Assembly (NCBI RefSeq): GCF_009914755.1
Contig: NC_060944.1
Direction: 5' to 3' (one strand)
Length of the DNA: 64,000 nt
Origin: the human T2T-CHM13v2.0 reference genome, Homo sapiens
Shown: in pieces, positions 47,370 to 60,289 of the stretch
How the letters are laid out: the number at the start of each line of letters is the position of its first letter
Position numbering within the stretch: the first letter of the stretch is position 1
The notes under the pieces: generated by a model
Database searches by the model: none
What the model saw: only the letters and a program-made list of their open reading frames with translations
Told to the model about the DNA's origin: nothing
Program-made: the position numbers and the translations under genes

Positions 47370-49631
47370 TCATTAATTTTTAAAATATGCATCACTTACA
47401 TGAAGTAAAATGCACAAATATTTCACATACATCTTGTGCCTTTGCATATATATACACACACTCGAACATTTCAAGTCCCCCAGAGGGTTCTCTGTGGCCC
47501 CCCTGAAGCCAGACACCCTCGCCCAGGAAGAACCACTCCCTGACTTTTCTCACCATATGCTGGGTTTGACTGTTCTCGAATGTCCCATAAATAAAATCAT
47601 ACAGGATGTATATGTCTCACTTATTTGGCTCAGCAGAATGTCTGAGCTTCACCCACATTGTGTGCAGTAGTCCTTTCTTTTTTATTGCTGTGTACTATTT
47701 CACTGTCAAATCCACCACAATTTATCCAATCACCTTGCTGAACTCCCTCCGTTTTTAAAGCATTTGAGATTAAACTCGTGATTTAGCAAGGTCTGCGTCT
47801 AACAGAAGAGAGTTCAATGCATGACAGAGAACAGACCTCAGAGTGGCTTCCTCACCAAAAGGAGAAGGAAAGATTTGGTCAGAAGAGTTCCCCAGAAATA
47901 GACTTCAGATAATCCTCCTGCAACAGGACTCGCCAGGGCTAAACCCACCCACTCTGTCAAAGGCCTGCAGAAGATGACATGAGCAGGGGAACATCCCTTC
48001 TTTCCATCCTCTGCCCAACTTAGCAAACAGTCCCTCTCTCCGACCAGCCACCTCTGCGAGTTTGGTCTCTTACTGATCCCCACATCCCCTCGCACAGCCT
48101 GAAAGGCTGATTTCCATTTTTCTTTCAGCCAACCTAAAATCCAAGTGGAAACTTCCCCCTTGAAGACAGTGGGGCCTGTGTAACCCTTGGCCGGGGTCAG
48201 AGATTTAAAATTAATGCCTTCTTGACTGACAGCTTCTTTATTTATACTTTTCCCCAGGAGCTTTCATTTCAGTGCCATGTTCCTGGGGGTGGGCACACTT
48301 CATCAGTGGCCCCTGCCAACCCCCTGGTTATTAAGACATTCCTCCCTACTCCATGGCAACAGAGGTGATGTCACCCATTGTGGATTTTAGACCTGCAGCG
48401 CACCTTCTTAGGATTATACAGGTAAACAGCCCCTTTCCATAACCTTTAAAATAACTTTAGCAGGCATTTCAGACTTGGGGTTTTTTTTCCCCCTCATTTA
48501 ACATTCTCACTTTTGCAGGCATGCCCAAGCAGGTCTGTTTTGATAAGGACCTTCATAAATCCTGAGCTTTGCTGGCCACTTTCTTCCCTTCAGACCCAGC
48601 TGAAGAAATGCTCTTTTTCCAAAACCTCAGATTACAAGGTCGGGAGGGTCCCAAATACCAACCCAGGAAAAGCAATCTCCCCACTCTGCATGTGGCTTAC
48701 AGTCTGCCTTTGGTATATTTCTTCCACAGAGGGAAAAAGCATTAAAGATTCAAGTGCAGGGCTTTAGATCCAAATGCCCAGGAGGCAGGCAGGACCATCC
48801 ACCGGGATGGAGAAAGAAACAGAAAAATAGCAGAGCTCCCTGTCATTTCTCATTTCTACCTTAGCCAGGAGTTTTCCAATGAGTATAATCCCATTAGGAC
48901 AGTAGCAAGATACAATTTCTAATTATATAAATATCAACTATAAGAGGTGAACGTGCACACATCCCACCGTACATGAGACACATCAGACAAAGCTAGAGAC
49001 AGCAGCTCCATACGGTGTCCTGCTGCCCTCCAGGGCCACATCCTGGCTGTGAGATATAGTGCTGATGGCAGGGACCTAGAATGCTCAGTGCCCAAGTTCA
49101 AGGCCTGCCCTGCCACTTACCAATGCAAACTCTCAGCAAAGTTACCTTACCCCCAAGAACCTGATCTCACTGGTCCAGGATGCAGCCTGAGAACTTCTAA
49201 TGCAGCCAGGACTGAGAGCCCCTTGCCACCCATTCTACATTTTTCAAATGTATTTAACCTGCCACCTGATATGGCTGGAGAGCCTTGAGAACCAACCTGA
49301 ATAACACTGCTTTAAAGTTTTAGGAGCCTCTACTCCTGATCAAAATCTATGCCACCAAAAGAACACAGGGGCTTGAATTTAGAAGCCAAGATGCCACGTG
49401 TTTCACAGGGAAGAGTGAGTGAGGCAACTTCATTTCCTCTGCCTCCCTGCAAGGCCGATGCTCAGTTCTAGCCCTCATTTCACCTTTCCAGCTGCACCTG
49501 GAGACGTTATTTGTCCAAAGCAGGCTTATTAAGGCCTGTCCTTAACTCAACACAGAAGGCAATGTCTCTGAATGTCACATGTGTTTAGTGAACCTGCTTG
49601 CTTAGTGTAGAACACTATTTTTAGCAAGCAC

Positions 49632-49634
<3 letters not shown>

Positions 49635-49662
<28 letters not shown>
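49635..49662. repeat. (CA)n microsatellite
   Basis: Read directly. Confidence 0.95.
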
Positions 49663-49665
<3 letters not shown>

Positions 49666-50599
49666 TACTGTATCACAGCACCTCATTTGTCCCTATTTGT
49701 TTACCAGACTGTGACCCATATTGGCCTGGGGGCCAGGGGAGGCCAGACACCATATCTAATTTGTCCCTATGCTGCTACAGGGCCTGGCACAAAACCAGCA
49801 TTCAGTGTGTTTGCTGAAAGAATGGGGTTTTAATTGTGCCCTGTGAATGGGTCGAGAGCAGGTGTTCCTACACTGAAGTGCCAGTAAAATTAGGGAATGG
49901 GACACAGAAGGGTCTGTGAGTGCTGAGAAATGACATCAAAAGCACGTGGGGGGATATGAGAGGGAGTGGAGAGGGGAGGTGGGGATGTGTGGGTGGGGGG
50001 TGCAGGGGGTATGTGGTGAGGGGGCAGTGCCCAGGGGAAAGGGCTGCCCATGTGGAGCATGCACACGCATCGTGTGTGTGTCTATAGAATCTGCAGATTT
50101 CATCAGCTTTTTAAAGGGCTGTGACCTCAAAAGTGTAAGGATCACAGGAATAGACTCTATAAAACAACCAGCAGTGATCAGAAGGAACCAGTTTTCCTTT
50201 CTGAAAGGCCGAAGTTGGTATTAAATGCTTTAGCTTAGCAGAAATTGAAGGAGGGCTGCACCAGACTGTTAAGGCAAAGCAGATGTGAGCACTCCCCACA
50301 TATCTGTCCCCAACACAGTAACTGGAGATCCGGCATCTCTGGAGGTGACCAGGGATTCCCAGTACCCACCCGTCTCTCTCAGTGTATTACAAGTTGGGAG
50401 AAATAAGAGTCCATTGTATTCACAAGCATGCATAAGGGAATTCAGCTTCTGAACTGTCTGCTGACAGCCAGCACATCTTCCCCTTCCAGGGTGGGATCAG
50501 TGGCCCCATCAGGACTCCCACATCCTTGCCCACCGGGTCTTTCTGTCACTGTGTACTTGGTTGTCTCCTCCACTAGAAAGAAAATTAAGAGTCTTCTTT

Positions 50600-51305
50600 G
50601 CACATCTCTAGTGAATACGTTTGAAACCTAGACAGATAAAATGGATAATTTCCCAGAAAGATAGAGTTTACAAAAATTGACTCCAGTAGAAGTAGAAAGT
50701 GTAAAGAGACCAATTCCCACAGTATAGAGAAAGCCATCAAGAAACAACTCCACAAAGAAGCACCAGGTCCAGGCGGCTTCACAGAGGAATTCTATCACAG
50801 CTTTAGAGACCAGGGAGTCCCAGGGAGACAGAAATTATTCCTGAGCTTAGAAAAGGAAAGAAACCTAAACCTGATAGCACAAAAAATAGGCCAATATGAA
50901 TATCACTCATGAATACTGAAAAATGCTTAAATATTATCTGATGCCACAACCACCTTAAGAAAATAATACACCAAGTGGAGTCCATACCAAGGATGTCTTC
51001 ATATAAAGAAATCTAATAATGTATGCCAACACATTAATAGGTCTACGAAGAATAAGATCATATTTTTCCATAGATGCTAAAAAAGCCTTTGATATAATTC
51101 AACTCCCATTTGTAATAAAAACTCTCGGGGGAAAAAAGAAAGAACTAATACTTCCTTTACATAATTCATACACCTCAATTTTAAAGCCAACACTGGAGTC
51201 CTCCTCCAAGGCAAGGATGCCCACTGTCTTCACTATCATGTAACACTCTACTGGAGGTATTAGTTAATGCAATTAGACAAGAGAAAACAACAGAGGCACA
51301 ATTAG
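50600..51305 (+). mobile_element. Ancient L1 ORF2 (reverse transcriptase region) fragment, degenerate
   Basis: Translated remnants APGPGGFTEEFY, SIDAKKAFDIIQLPFVIKTL and RQGCPLS...LEVLVNAIRQEK match L1 ORF2p motifs. Frameshifts and deletions are present. Confidence 0.85.
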
Positions 51306-52219
51306 AGGCAGTAGCTCAGAGAGGGCAGGATCTGGGTCTCATTCCCCGTTGTGACCCTAGGATCTAACACAGAGGGTGCTCAATAGCTGAATGAGTAAAT
51401 AAACAATGGCTCATATTAATTGAACACCTCCATTAACAAAAGCAAGGGTTTACTAAACCACTAGTAACAGATCACATGCTGTGTTGATTTAAATGGGTTA
51501 ACCTATTCAAGGCAGGTAACGGTCCTATGAGGCAAGTGGTATTATTTCAGCCATTTTACAGATAAGCAGACAGATGTCCAGAGAGACGAGATGACTTGCT
51601 CAAGATCACCTTGTTGGTAAACAAGGTTTTCAATTCCAGCCCTGCCATGGTCCCAGACACCTTGCTAACTGGTTTGCATGTGTCTCTCACCAAATGAGAG
51701 AATGAGGACCCTAACACAATAGTTCAGAACACATGGTATGGAGCAACACTGCCCATTTTGGGAAAATTACTTTACCTCTCTGTGCCTTAGCGTCCTCCTC
51801 CATAAAACAGGGGTGATAATAGTGCCTGCCTCCTAGGGTTGGAGTGGAATCACATGGGCTAATGAACGTCTGCTACATGCTAAACTCCATAAAATGAGCA
51901 TCCGACCTCCCCAAAATTCCCTAATTTACCTTCACCAATTCTATCAACAATGTCTGCCCCATTAGCAGTACCTTTCCTTCCTTGGTTTTTGCCAAGCTCG
52001 TGCCCAGAGTTAAGGATAGAACTTTACATGCGTCACCAATATGTTGCCATCTGGGACAAAACCTAATAAAAAGATTAAGGCTAGTGTTCACCCCTGAGGA
52101 GTCCCACCATACAGAAGCAAAGAGAGGTGACTGCTATTAACATCTGGGTGACCCAGAGCCAGATGCACATCTGGGGCAGTTCACATTAGCCTCTTAAAGC
52201 TTACCATGTCCCTTCTCTT

Positions 52220-52538
52220 TTTTTGTCTGGTTTGTTGGTTTGAGACAGGGTTTCGCACTGTCCCATGGGCTGGAGTGCAGTGGCACGATCACGGCTCAGG
52301 GCAGCCTCGAACTCCTGGGGTTAAGAGATTCTCCTACCTAAGCCTCCGAGTAGCTGGGAAGCTGGGTCTACAGGCATGCGCAACTAGGCTAGGCTAATAG
52401 TTTTATTTTTTTATTTTTATTAGAGATGAGGTCTTGCTATGTTGCCCCAGCTGGTCTTGAAGCCCTGGACTCAAGCAATCTTCCCACCTCGACTTCCCAA
52501 ATTGTTGGGATTGCAGGCATGAGCCACCACTCCCGGCC
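52220..52538 (-). mobile_element. Alu (AluJ-like)
   Basis: Reverse-orientation Alu. Confidence 0.88.
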
Positions 52539-52754
52539 ACAGCATCCCTTCTCTTTCTGGGTGCTAACTCTTCTGTGCTGCCTACTTCTCAGCAAAGAGT
52601 AAGTGCTTTCCAGATTCTGGAGTATTACTCTGTACTCCTTAAGTGTGGGCTTCATGTAGTAATGCCTTCCAAAGAGTTTGAAGAAACTGAGAAAAGCTAC
52701 CTCTACTGGGTAATCAAGGTTAGCATTAATGATAAATGACATGGATAGTATACT

Positions 52755-53052
52755 TTTTGTTGTTGTTTTTTGAGACAGAGTCTCACTCTTGTCACCCAGG
52801 CTGGAGTGCAATGGTGCCACCTGCCTCACTGCAACTTCTGCCTACTGGGTTCAAGCAATTCTCCTGCGTCATCCTCCTGAGTTTCTGGAATTACAGTGCC
52901 TTCCACCATGCCTGGCTAATTTGTGTATTTTTAGTAGAGTTGGGGTTTCACCATGTTGGCCAGGCTGGTCTTGACCTCCTGACCTCAGGTGATCCGCCCG
53001 CCTCAGCCTCCCAAAGTGTTGGGATTACAGGCGTGAGCCACCACGCCTGGCT
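52755..53052 (-). mobile_element. Alu inserted in an L1M 3' end (about 52600-53387)
   Basis: Reverse Alu; the flank has the L1M terminus atgggaactctctgtgctatctttgcaacttttctgtaaatct. Confidence 0.85.
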
Positions 53053-53385
53053 GGATAGTACATACTCTTGATATGATGTGATGAGAAGGGAGCTTTATCT
53101 TTGTGGGCTTCCTCCCGAAAACCTAGAGCCCTAGTCTAATGAAGGGACAGTCTACAATACAACCAACACTCCTCAAAACAGTGAAGGTCACATAAAACAT
53201 TCCCAATCTGAATAAGGCATAAACCTCAGTTAATAATGTGTCAATATTGGTTTGTTGGTTACAATAAATGCACCATACTAATGTAAAACATTAATAACAC
53301 GGGGAAACAGGGTATTGGGTATATGGGAACTCTCTGTGCTATCTTTGCAACTTTTCTGTAAATCTGAAACTGTTCCAAAAACTGA

Positions 53386-53387
<2 letters not shown>

Positions 53388-53428
<41 letters not shown>
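53388..53428. repeat. T41 homopolymer
   Basis: Read directly. Confidence 0.95.
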
Positions 53429-53429
<1 letters not shown>

Positions 53430-54899
53430 AGAAAACAGATTCCAGGGCTTTCATTGTGGTCATTTAGATACCCATCTGGTGGCCACCAAGCAGCACTTGC
53501 CAAGAAAAACCATAAAAAGTACCTCCCTTCAGATTTGGCTTGGAAACTATTTCCCCGGAAATCCCCCCACCCCACCCGACAAGGAAAATAAAAGCTGATT
53601 ACCAATCTGGGAGGGGTGTGAGTATTCGTTCCCTGAAAAACATGACTTTAATCTTAATGAACAGAAAGACCACGGATATTAGTGCGGATCGTTTGCAGAT
53701 TCTTAATTGTATCTTTTCAAAGCAAAAGATGTCCTCCAGATTGCAACTCTAGAAGACTGGTCTCTTCTGTTGGCTAATTGTTTCCATCTCCAGCCAAGAC
53801 ACAAAATTATTACTAATGACCATCTCTGGGTATCCAAGGGAAGAGGATACCCAAAGCTAAAGCAAACCCCTCACCTAACGTGGCCAGAGAGGACACCGAT
53901 GGAAGCGAAAACTTCATTATCTGCCTAACACAGTGTTTGTGGGAAACATCAGGCCACCAAGCCTCCTTGACAGGCTTCCTCCACGAGCCAGTCAGCACAA
54001 GCCCTTCCTACACACTAGATGGAGGCAAGCCCAGAGTGCGTCTGGAAGCTACTAACAGGCCTGCCACTGAGCCTTCAACAAGCATTGGCTGGGCTGGGCT
54101 GGGCTGTCAAAATCAGGAAGCCTGGTTGGGTTTTTTGTTTTTTCCAAGACAACCTGCTAACCAGAAATACACAGTGAGGTTGGGCGTGTGGCCGCTTCCC
54201 CCTCCTCCTCCTCCTCCCTCTAACGAATGCTCCTGTTAAACACGTGAAGTGACAGATAAGCATTGGGCCCAGCCCGGGGAAGTCCCCAGCCCCCAGCAAC
54301 TGAGGGCAGTTGGAGGCACAGAGTGACAAAGTTCAGGCAGAAAGAGCCTGTGTCCTTCTGAATCCATGCTGCAGCTGCCCCTCACCCTACCCCATCCCAC
54401 CACATCCATTAGGACTAAGCGTAGAAGATCACTTAATATAGCTCAGACCAATCCTCTTGTGAGTGGTAAGTGATGGGTTCAGCAGCAGAACCCAGGGAGG
54501 AAATGGGCCGGCCTTATAATACCAAAGGTTTTAACCCTCTCCAGCATCAGACAGACAACCTCTTCCTCAGTTTCAACACAAAGTCCCCGTCAACCACTGC
54601 TCACAGGAGGTGATGGGAGCTGCGTGGCCTCACTTCAGTGCCTGGAGGGAAGGAGCGGCCTCCTACCCTTGATAACTGGGTTCAGCTGCAACCCCCTTCC
54701 TTCTTTTTTTGGCAACTCCTCCCTGCTAACTCCATTCTTCGCTTCCTCACCTCCTCCCTCCAAAGGCACAGAAATCATGTCCCTTGCCCTTTGACAGCCC
54801 AGTCCCAGGCAAGAGGCCAGCAGACAGCACCCGCCCCCCAGCCTTGGGACCTGCCTGCCACCTTTTGTTTTGCTGAGAGTGACCCTCAGGGAGCAGTCA

Positions 54900-55900
54900 T
54901 GAGCAACCAGAAACTGGTGCCCCTAAGGGGCAAGAGGGAGCCGACCGCCCCCTAAGGGTGGCAGGGGCCACTGACGCCTCCCCTCCCTGGCACCTGGGTA
55001 GGGGCACCCTCCCTCCAGGCCCCTTAGGAAGGGGGACGGCTGGAGCCAAGAGGACTCCTGTGCCCAGTCCCCAGGCCTGAGCCCCTGGCGGGCTCAGGGG
55101 CCAGGCCAGGGGTAGCCTCCACCGACCTTCGTTCGGATTCAAATACTCATAGTCGAAGAGGATGGAGAAGTCAAGCTCGTCTTGGGGGCTGCCCCCAGGC
55201 TCGTGGCCTGGGGCGTCCCCGCCGTCGGGTTGGGGCTGCCGCTCGGGGGCGTTCATGGCGCGCAGGGCGGGAAGGCTGCGGGGCCGGGGGCGAGGGCGGG
55301 CGCGGCTGGCTCTGGGACCCCTCGCAGTGGGGCTGGCGGAGGCGGCTCGAGCGGCGGGGTCCCTTTCCTCGTAGGGACGCACGCCGGGTCCGGGGACGGC
55401 GCGCCTGGCGCAGCGGGTCCTGGACGCGCCCGGGGAAGCTGAGCGGCGGCGGCGACGGCGGCGCGAGCTTCCTGCTCCGGAGGCACCTGTTGCAGCCCGG
55501 GGAGGCGGGGGGGGGGGGGGGCGTGGAGGCGGGGACAGGGCGGCCAGGCCGGCGGGGGCGGGGCCGCCACCAGGGGACCGGAGGGGAGGGGCGCGCGGCC
55601 TGGGCTGGCCGGTGCCGGGAGGAAGGAGGCTGTCCGCGGACCTGACCACACTGTCCCGGGCCACCGCTGGGCGCTGGGGCGGCCGCTGTCTCCCACCCTC
55701 CACGGGTGAGTGCGACACGCGCTGCGCGAACCAGGGTCTAGACAAGAAAGCTGCCGCCACTAGGACTTTTGCCCTAAGGGACCCACTGGCCCCACACTTT
55801 TTCCTGCTTTTCTTCTCCATGGGGTGGAAGGGGGTATCCACCCCCTTCTATTGCAGACCCGTGTCTCCAGGCGTCTCCGTGTGCCCACGGGGGCGGCATG
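54900..55900 (-). promoter_or_regulatory. NFATC2: CpG-island promoter and 5'UTR of NFATC2
   Basis: Very high GC and CpG density around exon 1. GC boxes, an overlapping EGR/Sp1 site GCGGGGGCGGGGC (55552-55564), a G15 run (55507-55521) and an ETS-like CAGGAAG (55468-55474, minus strand). No TATA box seen. The start site is inferred near 55480. Confidence 0.85.
55127..55256 (-). CDS. NFATC2: NFATC2 first coding exon (aa 1-43 plus 1 nt; acidic N-terminal transactivation motif)
   Basis: Translates as MNAPERQPQPDGGDAPGHEPGGSPQDELDFSILFDYEYLNPNE, the recognised NFAT1 N-terminus. ATG at 55256 in a GCCATG context; donor G|GTCGGT at 55126; 130 nt, phase 1. Confidence 0.97.
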
Positions 55901-56719
55901 ATTTTCACAGTACTTCAGACACCTGCATGGCCCTGAACTCAACTCCCCAGCGCCTAGGAAGGAATCGGACTGACAGCACTAGTCCCCCCCGTTACGGCTA
56001 TGCCTCCTGGCCACCTACCACGTGCCAGGTGCTGGGCACCCAGCCGGAGCCAGACACTGTTGCCCTCGGAAGCTCAGGCTCTGGTAGTGGGAGAGGCCTG
56101 AAGGAGAGAAACAGGACAAAAAGCATCTGCTTATGGGGCCAGGAGAGAACTCACCAGGGTATGGGATAAAGGTTGGGGTGGCTTTAGTCCCTTGGGTGGT
56201 CAAGGAGGACCTCTCTGAGGAGGTGACATTTGAAGAAACCTGATTGATGAGGCGATCTTGGGGAAGTGTGTTCTGGCAGTGAGAACCAAAACACAGAGCC
56301 AGAGCTCGAAGGGGCTGGGTGTGCTGGAGGGAGAACGAGGAGTACAGTTCTGATGGGGCGGTTGGCAAGTGACAAACACGCCTGGCTGCTTGTTTAAAGC
56401 ATGATTCCCAGGCCCCTCCCTGGAGCTTCTGATTCCATAAGTCTGAATACAGACTCGTGAATGTGTATTTTTAATTAAGCACCCAACGTGAGCATTAATG
56501 AACAGGTACATTTGGCAAACACTGCATAAGGACCCAGTAACTAAAGAACACCCTCCAATAAAACTCTGCCAGGGGGCTCCACCAACTTAGCTGAAGTTGG
56601 AAACAGACTCACAGAGGTAGAAAAGATCAAAACAGTGGTCTTCAACCCTTCCCACATATTAGAATCACCTGGGACACCTTTTTAAACTCCCGTGCTGGGC
56701 TGCAATCCAAACCCACTGA

Positions 56720-57053
<334 letters not shown>

Positions 57054-57419
57054 TGAAAATTTTTTTAAACTTCAGATGAATCTAAGGTGCAGCCAGTGTT
57101 GAGGATGAGAAGATTAGACGGGAGAGGTCTTAAGATCCTCGTGAGAACCACAGCTTGACCTCAAGTGATTCGAATCCTTCCCCATGTGCCAGGAGGAATT
57201 GAGGACACGCATTCTTCAGGGGAGCCATCTCAGCTCCATTAAGGGGATTTGTGCCAAGCCATCCATCATTCCACAAATATTTATTGAGCACCTGCCTGGC
57301 ACTGCCACAAGATGTTGGGGATGCAACCATCAACAAGCCACAGCCTCTCCCTTCATCATGCTTATGCCCTGAAAGCAAAGTAGCACAGTTATGAACGGGG
57401 TTTTCAAAATTGCACTCAG

Positions 57420-57605
57420 ACCAGTGGTTCTTAACCCAGACTACACATTAGAATCACCTGGAGAGCTGTTAAAATTTGTATTCAACGACCTGAGCACCAC
57501 CAGACATCGATTTGATCAGAATGTTTGGGGTTGGGACTTAGGCATCAGTATTTTGTAAAAGCTCACCAGATGCTTCCAATGTGTGGCCAGAGATGAGAAC
57601 CACTT
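57420..57605. mobile_element. MER5A-like element
   Basis: cagtggttcttaacc...cattagaatcacctggagagct...gagaaccact. Confidence 0.75.
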
Positions 57606-58277
57606 TGGTTTAGACTCAAACTCTACTGCAGGGGCCTGGGGGCTGGCTCAGGAATCATTTCAGAGTCTTGGGCAGCACCTCCTGGTTGTCAGAGCATAAA
57701 GAAATTCCAGCCTTTGTTTCCTAACTATAAGCACTTCTGTGCCATGTGTATCCAACAAGCATCTTGGGGGCAGCTGATGCATTTAGGTGGAGGAAGGAAG
57801 AGTGAAGACCCCAGCTAGGATACTTATAGACAGGTATCTAGAAAGAGATGGATTCTTCTGGGTCCTTATGACAGGGACCCAAGGTCCAGATGATGAAATT
57901 TTGGCCAATAAACAAGAAAACCAGGCTTCCCCTGTGATTTAGAAAAGGAGAAAAGCTAGGAATGCCTCCCCACATCCTTTCTCGTCCCTCCATCCCATAA
58001 TTATTAAGTGCCACTAAATCTAGTGGACATTTGTTGATTGTGCCTACCCAGAATAATTCCTCCCTTCTTCTCATAACAGCACCCCAGTGTGTTCCTTGGG
58101 GAAACTACTCTAAACATAATCTTGGTAGAGCTATCAACCCAGCTGCCCCACCTTCCCCAAGCAACGAAGTGGATGAATGACCCAGACTGCGCCAATCAGA
58201 GAATTTTATCTCCACTAACTAGCCTGAGATCCACTAAGGCAGGGGCTATGACCACCTCATTCGCAGCTTTATGTGCA

Positions 58278-58670
58278 ATGGATGTGTGGATAAATGGAGG
58301 ATGGATAAGTAGATGGATTGATGGATGGGTGAATGGAAGATGGATGCATGGATGGAAGATGGATGGATGGATGAATAGATGGGTGGATGGATGGATAGGG
58401 GATGGATTGATGGATGGGTGAATGGAAGATGGATGCATGGATGGAAGATGGGTGGATGGATGAATAGATGGGTGGATGGATGGATAGGGGATGGATGGAA
58501 GAATGGATGGATGATGGATGGAGGAGTGGATGGAGGGTGGATGGACGGATGGATGGAGGATAAATGGATAAATGGATGAATGAAAGATACATGGATGGAT
58601 TGATGGAGGATAGATGGATGAATGGATGGATGAAAGAGTGAATGTGTTGCACGGATGAGTGGATCCATTA
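58278..58670. repeat. (GGAT)n degenerate tetranucleotide repeat
   Basis: Read directly. Confidence 0.95.
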
Positions 58671-60289
58671 ATCAATGGAAGAGTAGATGTTTGCCTGGAT
58701 GAATGTAGAGTTTGACTCTCCTTAAAATCCTTAGAGTTTTCTTTAAGGGTCCTCCACCCTGAGGCTTACCCTGGCCACCCAAATGCTATGGCAAGAACCT
58801 AAATTCTTACCCCAATTCCACTTCCTCTTCAGATACCCAATGATAAAATGAGATATTAAAGGGAAGATCACTTTGCAACTGATCAAGTGCTACAAAAATT
58901 TCAGCCTGAGGCAGGACCGTTCAGGACAGTCTAACTGCCTTTGTTGTCCCTCTGAACAGTGGATATATTTTCAAAGCTTCTAGGATTTGGAGTCTGGACT
59001 ATTGTAGTCAGAGTTCTTTAAAAGGAAGTGCTTCAGACTAGGTGCCAACCCATAAAAGAGTTTCTGCTGGACAGTGGGGAGTAAAAGGGTCTTCTTCCCT
59101 AAAGGTTACCTTGAAGGGTGGGAGTTTGGGCTGGGGGAAAGGCATATTTTCAATTCAAAAATAAATAATCTGTGCTCTTAGGAACAAGGTCCAGGAGCAG
59201 AATGCATGAGCTTTATGCATCGAGAGTGACTCTGGGAGGTGGAGGGATGGAGGTGGGATGGTGATCTTCACAGGGCATCGCTGTCAACTTTCTCTCTATC
59301 CTGTGTCTGACCTCCTTTGGACACCCTGGCCTCTGAGTTTTTCCCCAGCCTCTCCAACCGAAGTGCAACAGAAAGCTAGTGAAGCCACTGAGACTTTGAA
59401 ACTTCTAGCACACATTGGTACTATTTGACCCTGGCCCAGGAACTCAGCTCCCTTCAACATGCACTTAACCCACAGTCTAATTACAGACTGAGGTATGTGC
59501 CGTGAAAGGCAAGGAGAATGTGTTACAGAGCTTATGTCAAGGAAACCTGACGTAGACAGGGAATTCAGATAAGGCTGCCCTAGGGAGGCGATGTTTAAGC
59601 TGGGACTGGAAGGTTGGTAGAAGTTAGTTAGGGAATGATGAGGGGAGGTACTAACAGAGCGATGAGGGAGTATGTGTAAAGGCTCTGAGGCAGGAGGAAA
59701 GTATGAAACGATGGAGGACCCGAAAGAAGACAGGAGTGGCAGGTGCTCAGGGAAGGATGAGAAGATGGTGTAAGATCAGGCTGGGAGGTAAGTGGGGCCC
59801 AGGAGACCATGTTGAGAGTTTGGGACCTGAAAGCAATTGGGAACAACTGGAGAGTGTTAGGCAGCACATGACAGAATCATAGACGAGTTTTTAGATGATG
59901 GCTCTGGGTTCTCTGAGGATGAGAAATTGCAGGGGCAAGGGTTGAAGCCGGAGGACCAAGTAGATGGTTCTTATAGCCGTCCAGGAAAGAGATAATGGGG
60001 GCGTAGACTACAGAGACAAGTGGTAGCCATAGAGATAAGAAAATGTGGAAGGATTCACAAGACTCATAGACTGTCATCCTTTGGTCCCTCTGTGAGTTAC
60101 CTCTCTTCCTCTTCTAGGCTTCCTTAAAATGGAGCATAATTTGGGTCCACCTGGATAGAAACAGTCAAGAAGCACTGACTCCCGAAACGCCTTCAAGAAG
60201 CTCCTCCTACCACCCAAGGTGGCTCTGCGTCCCCAGGCTGCTTCAAGATGGCCCTGGAGTTACCCACCACCTACAGCTCTGCCTTCCTT

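Noticed and set aside
51019-51243. Reverse-transcriptase-like ORF as a functional or domesticated gene
   Set aside because: Short, frameshifted L1 ORF2 relic that stops before the catalytic ADD motif.
58196-58675. HPSI-repeat ORFs
   Set aside because: Artefact of the (GGAT)n repeat.
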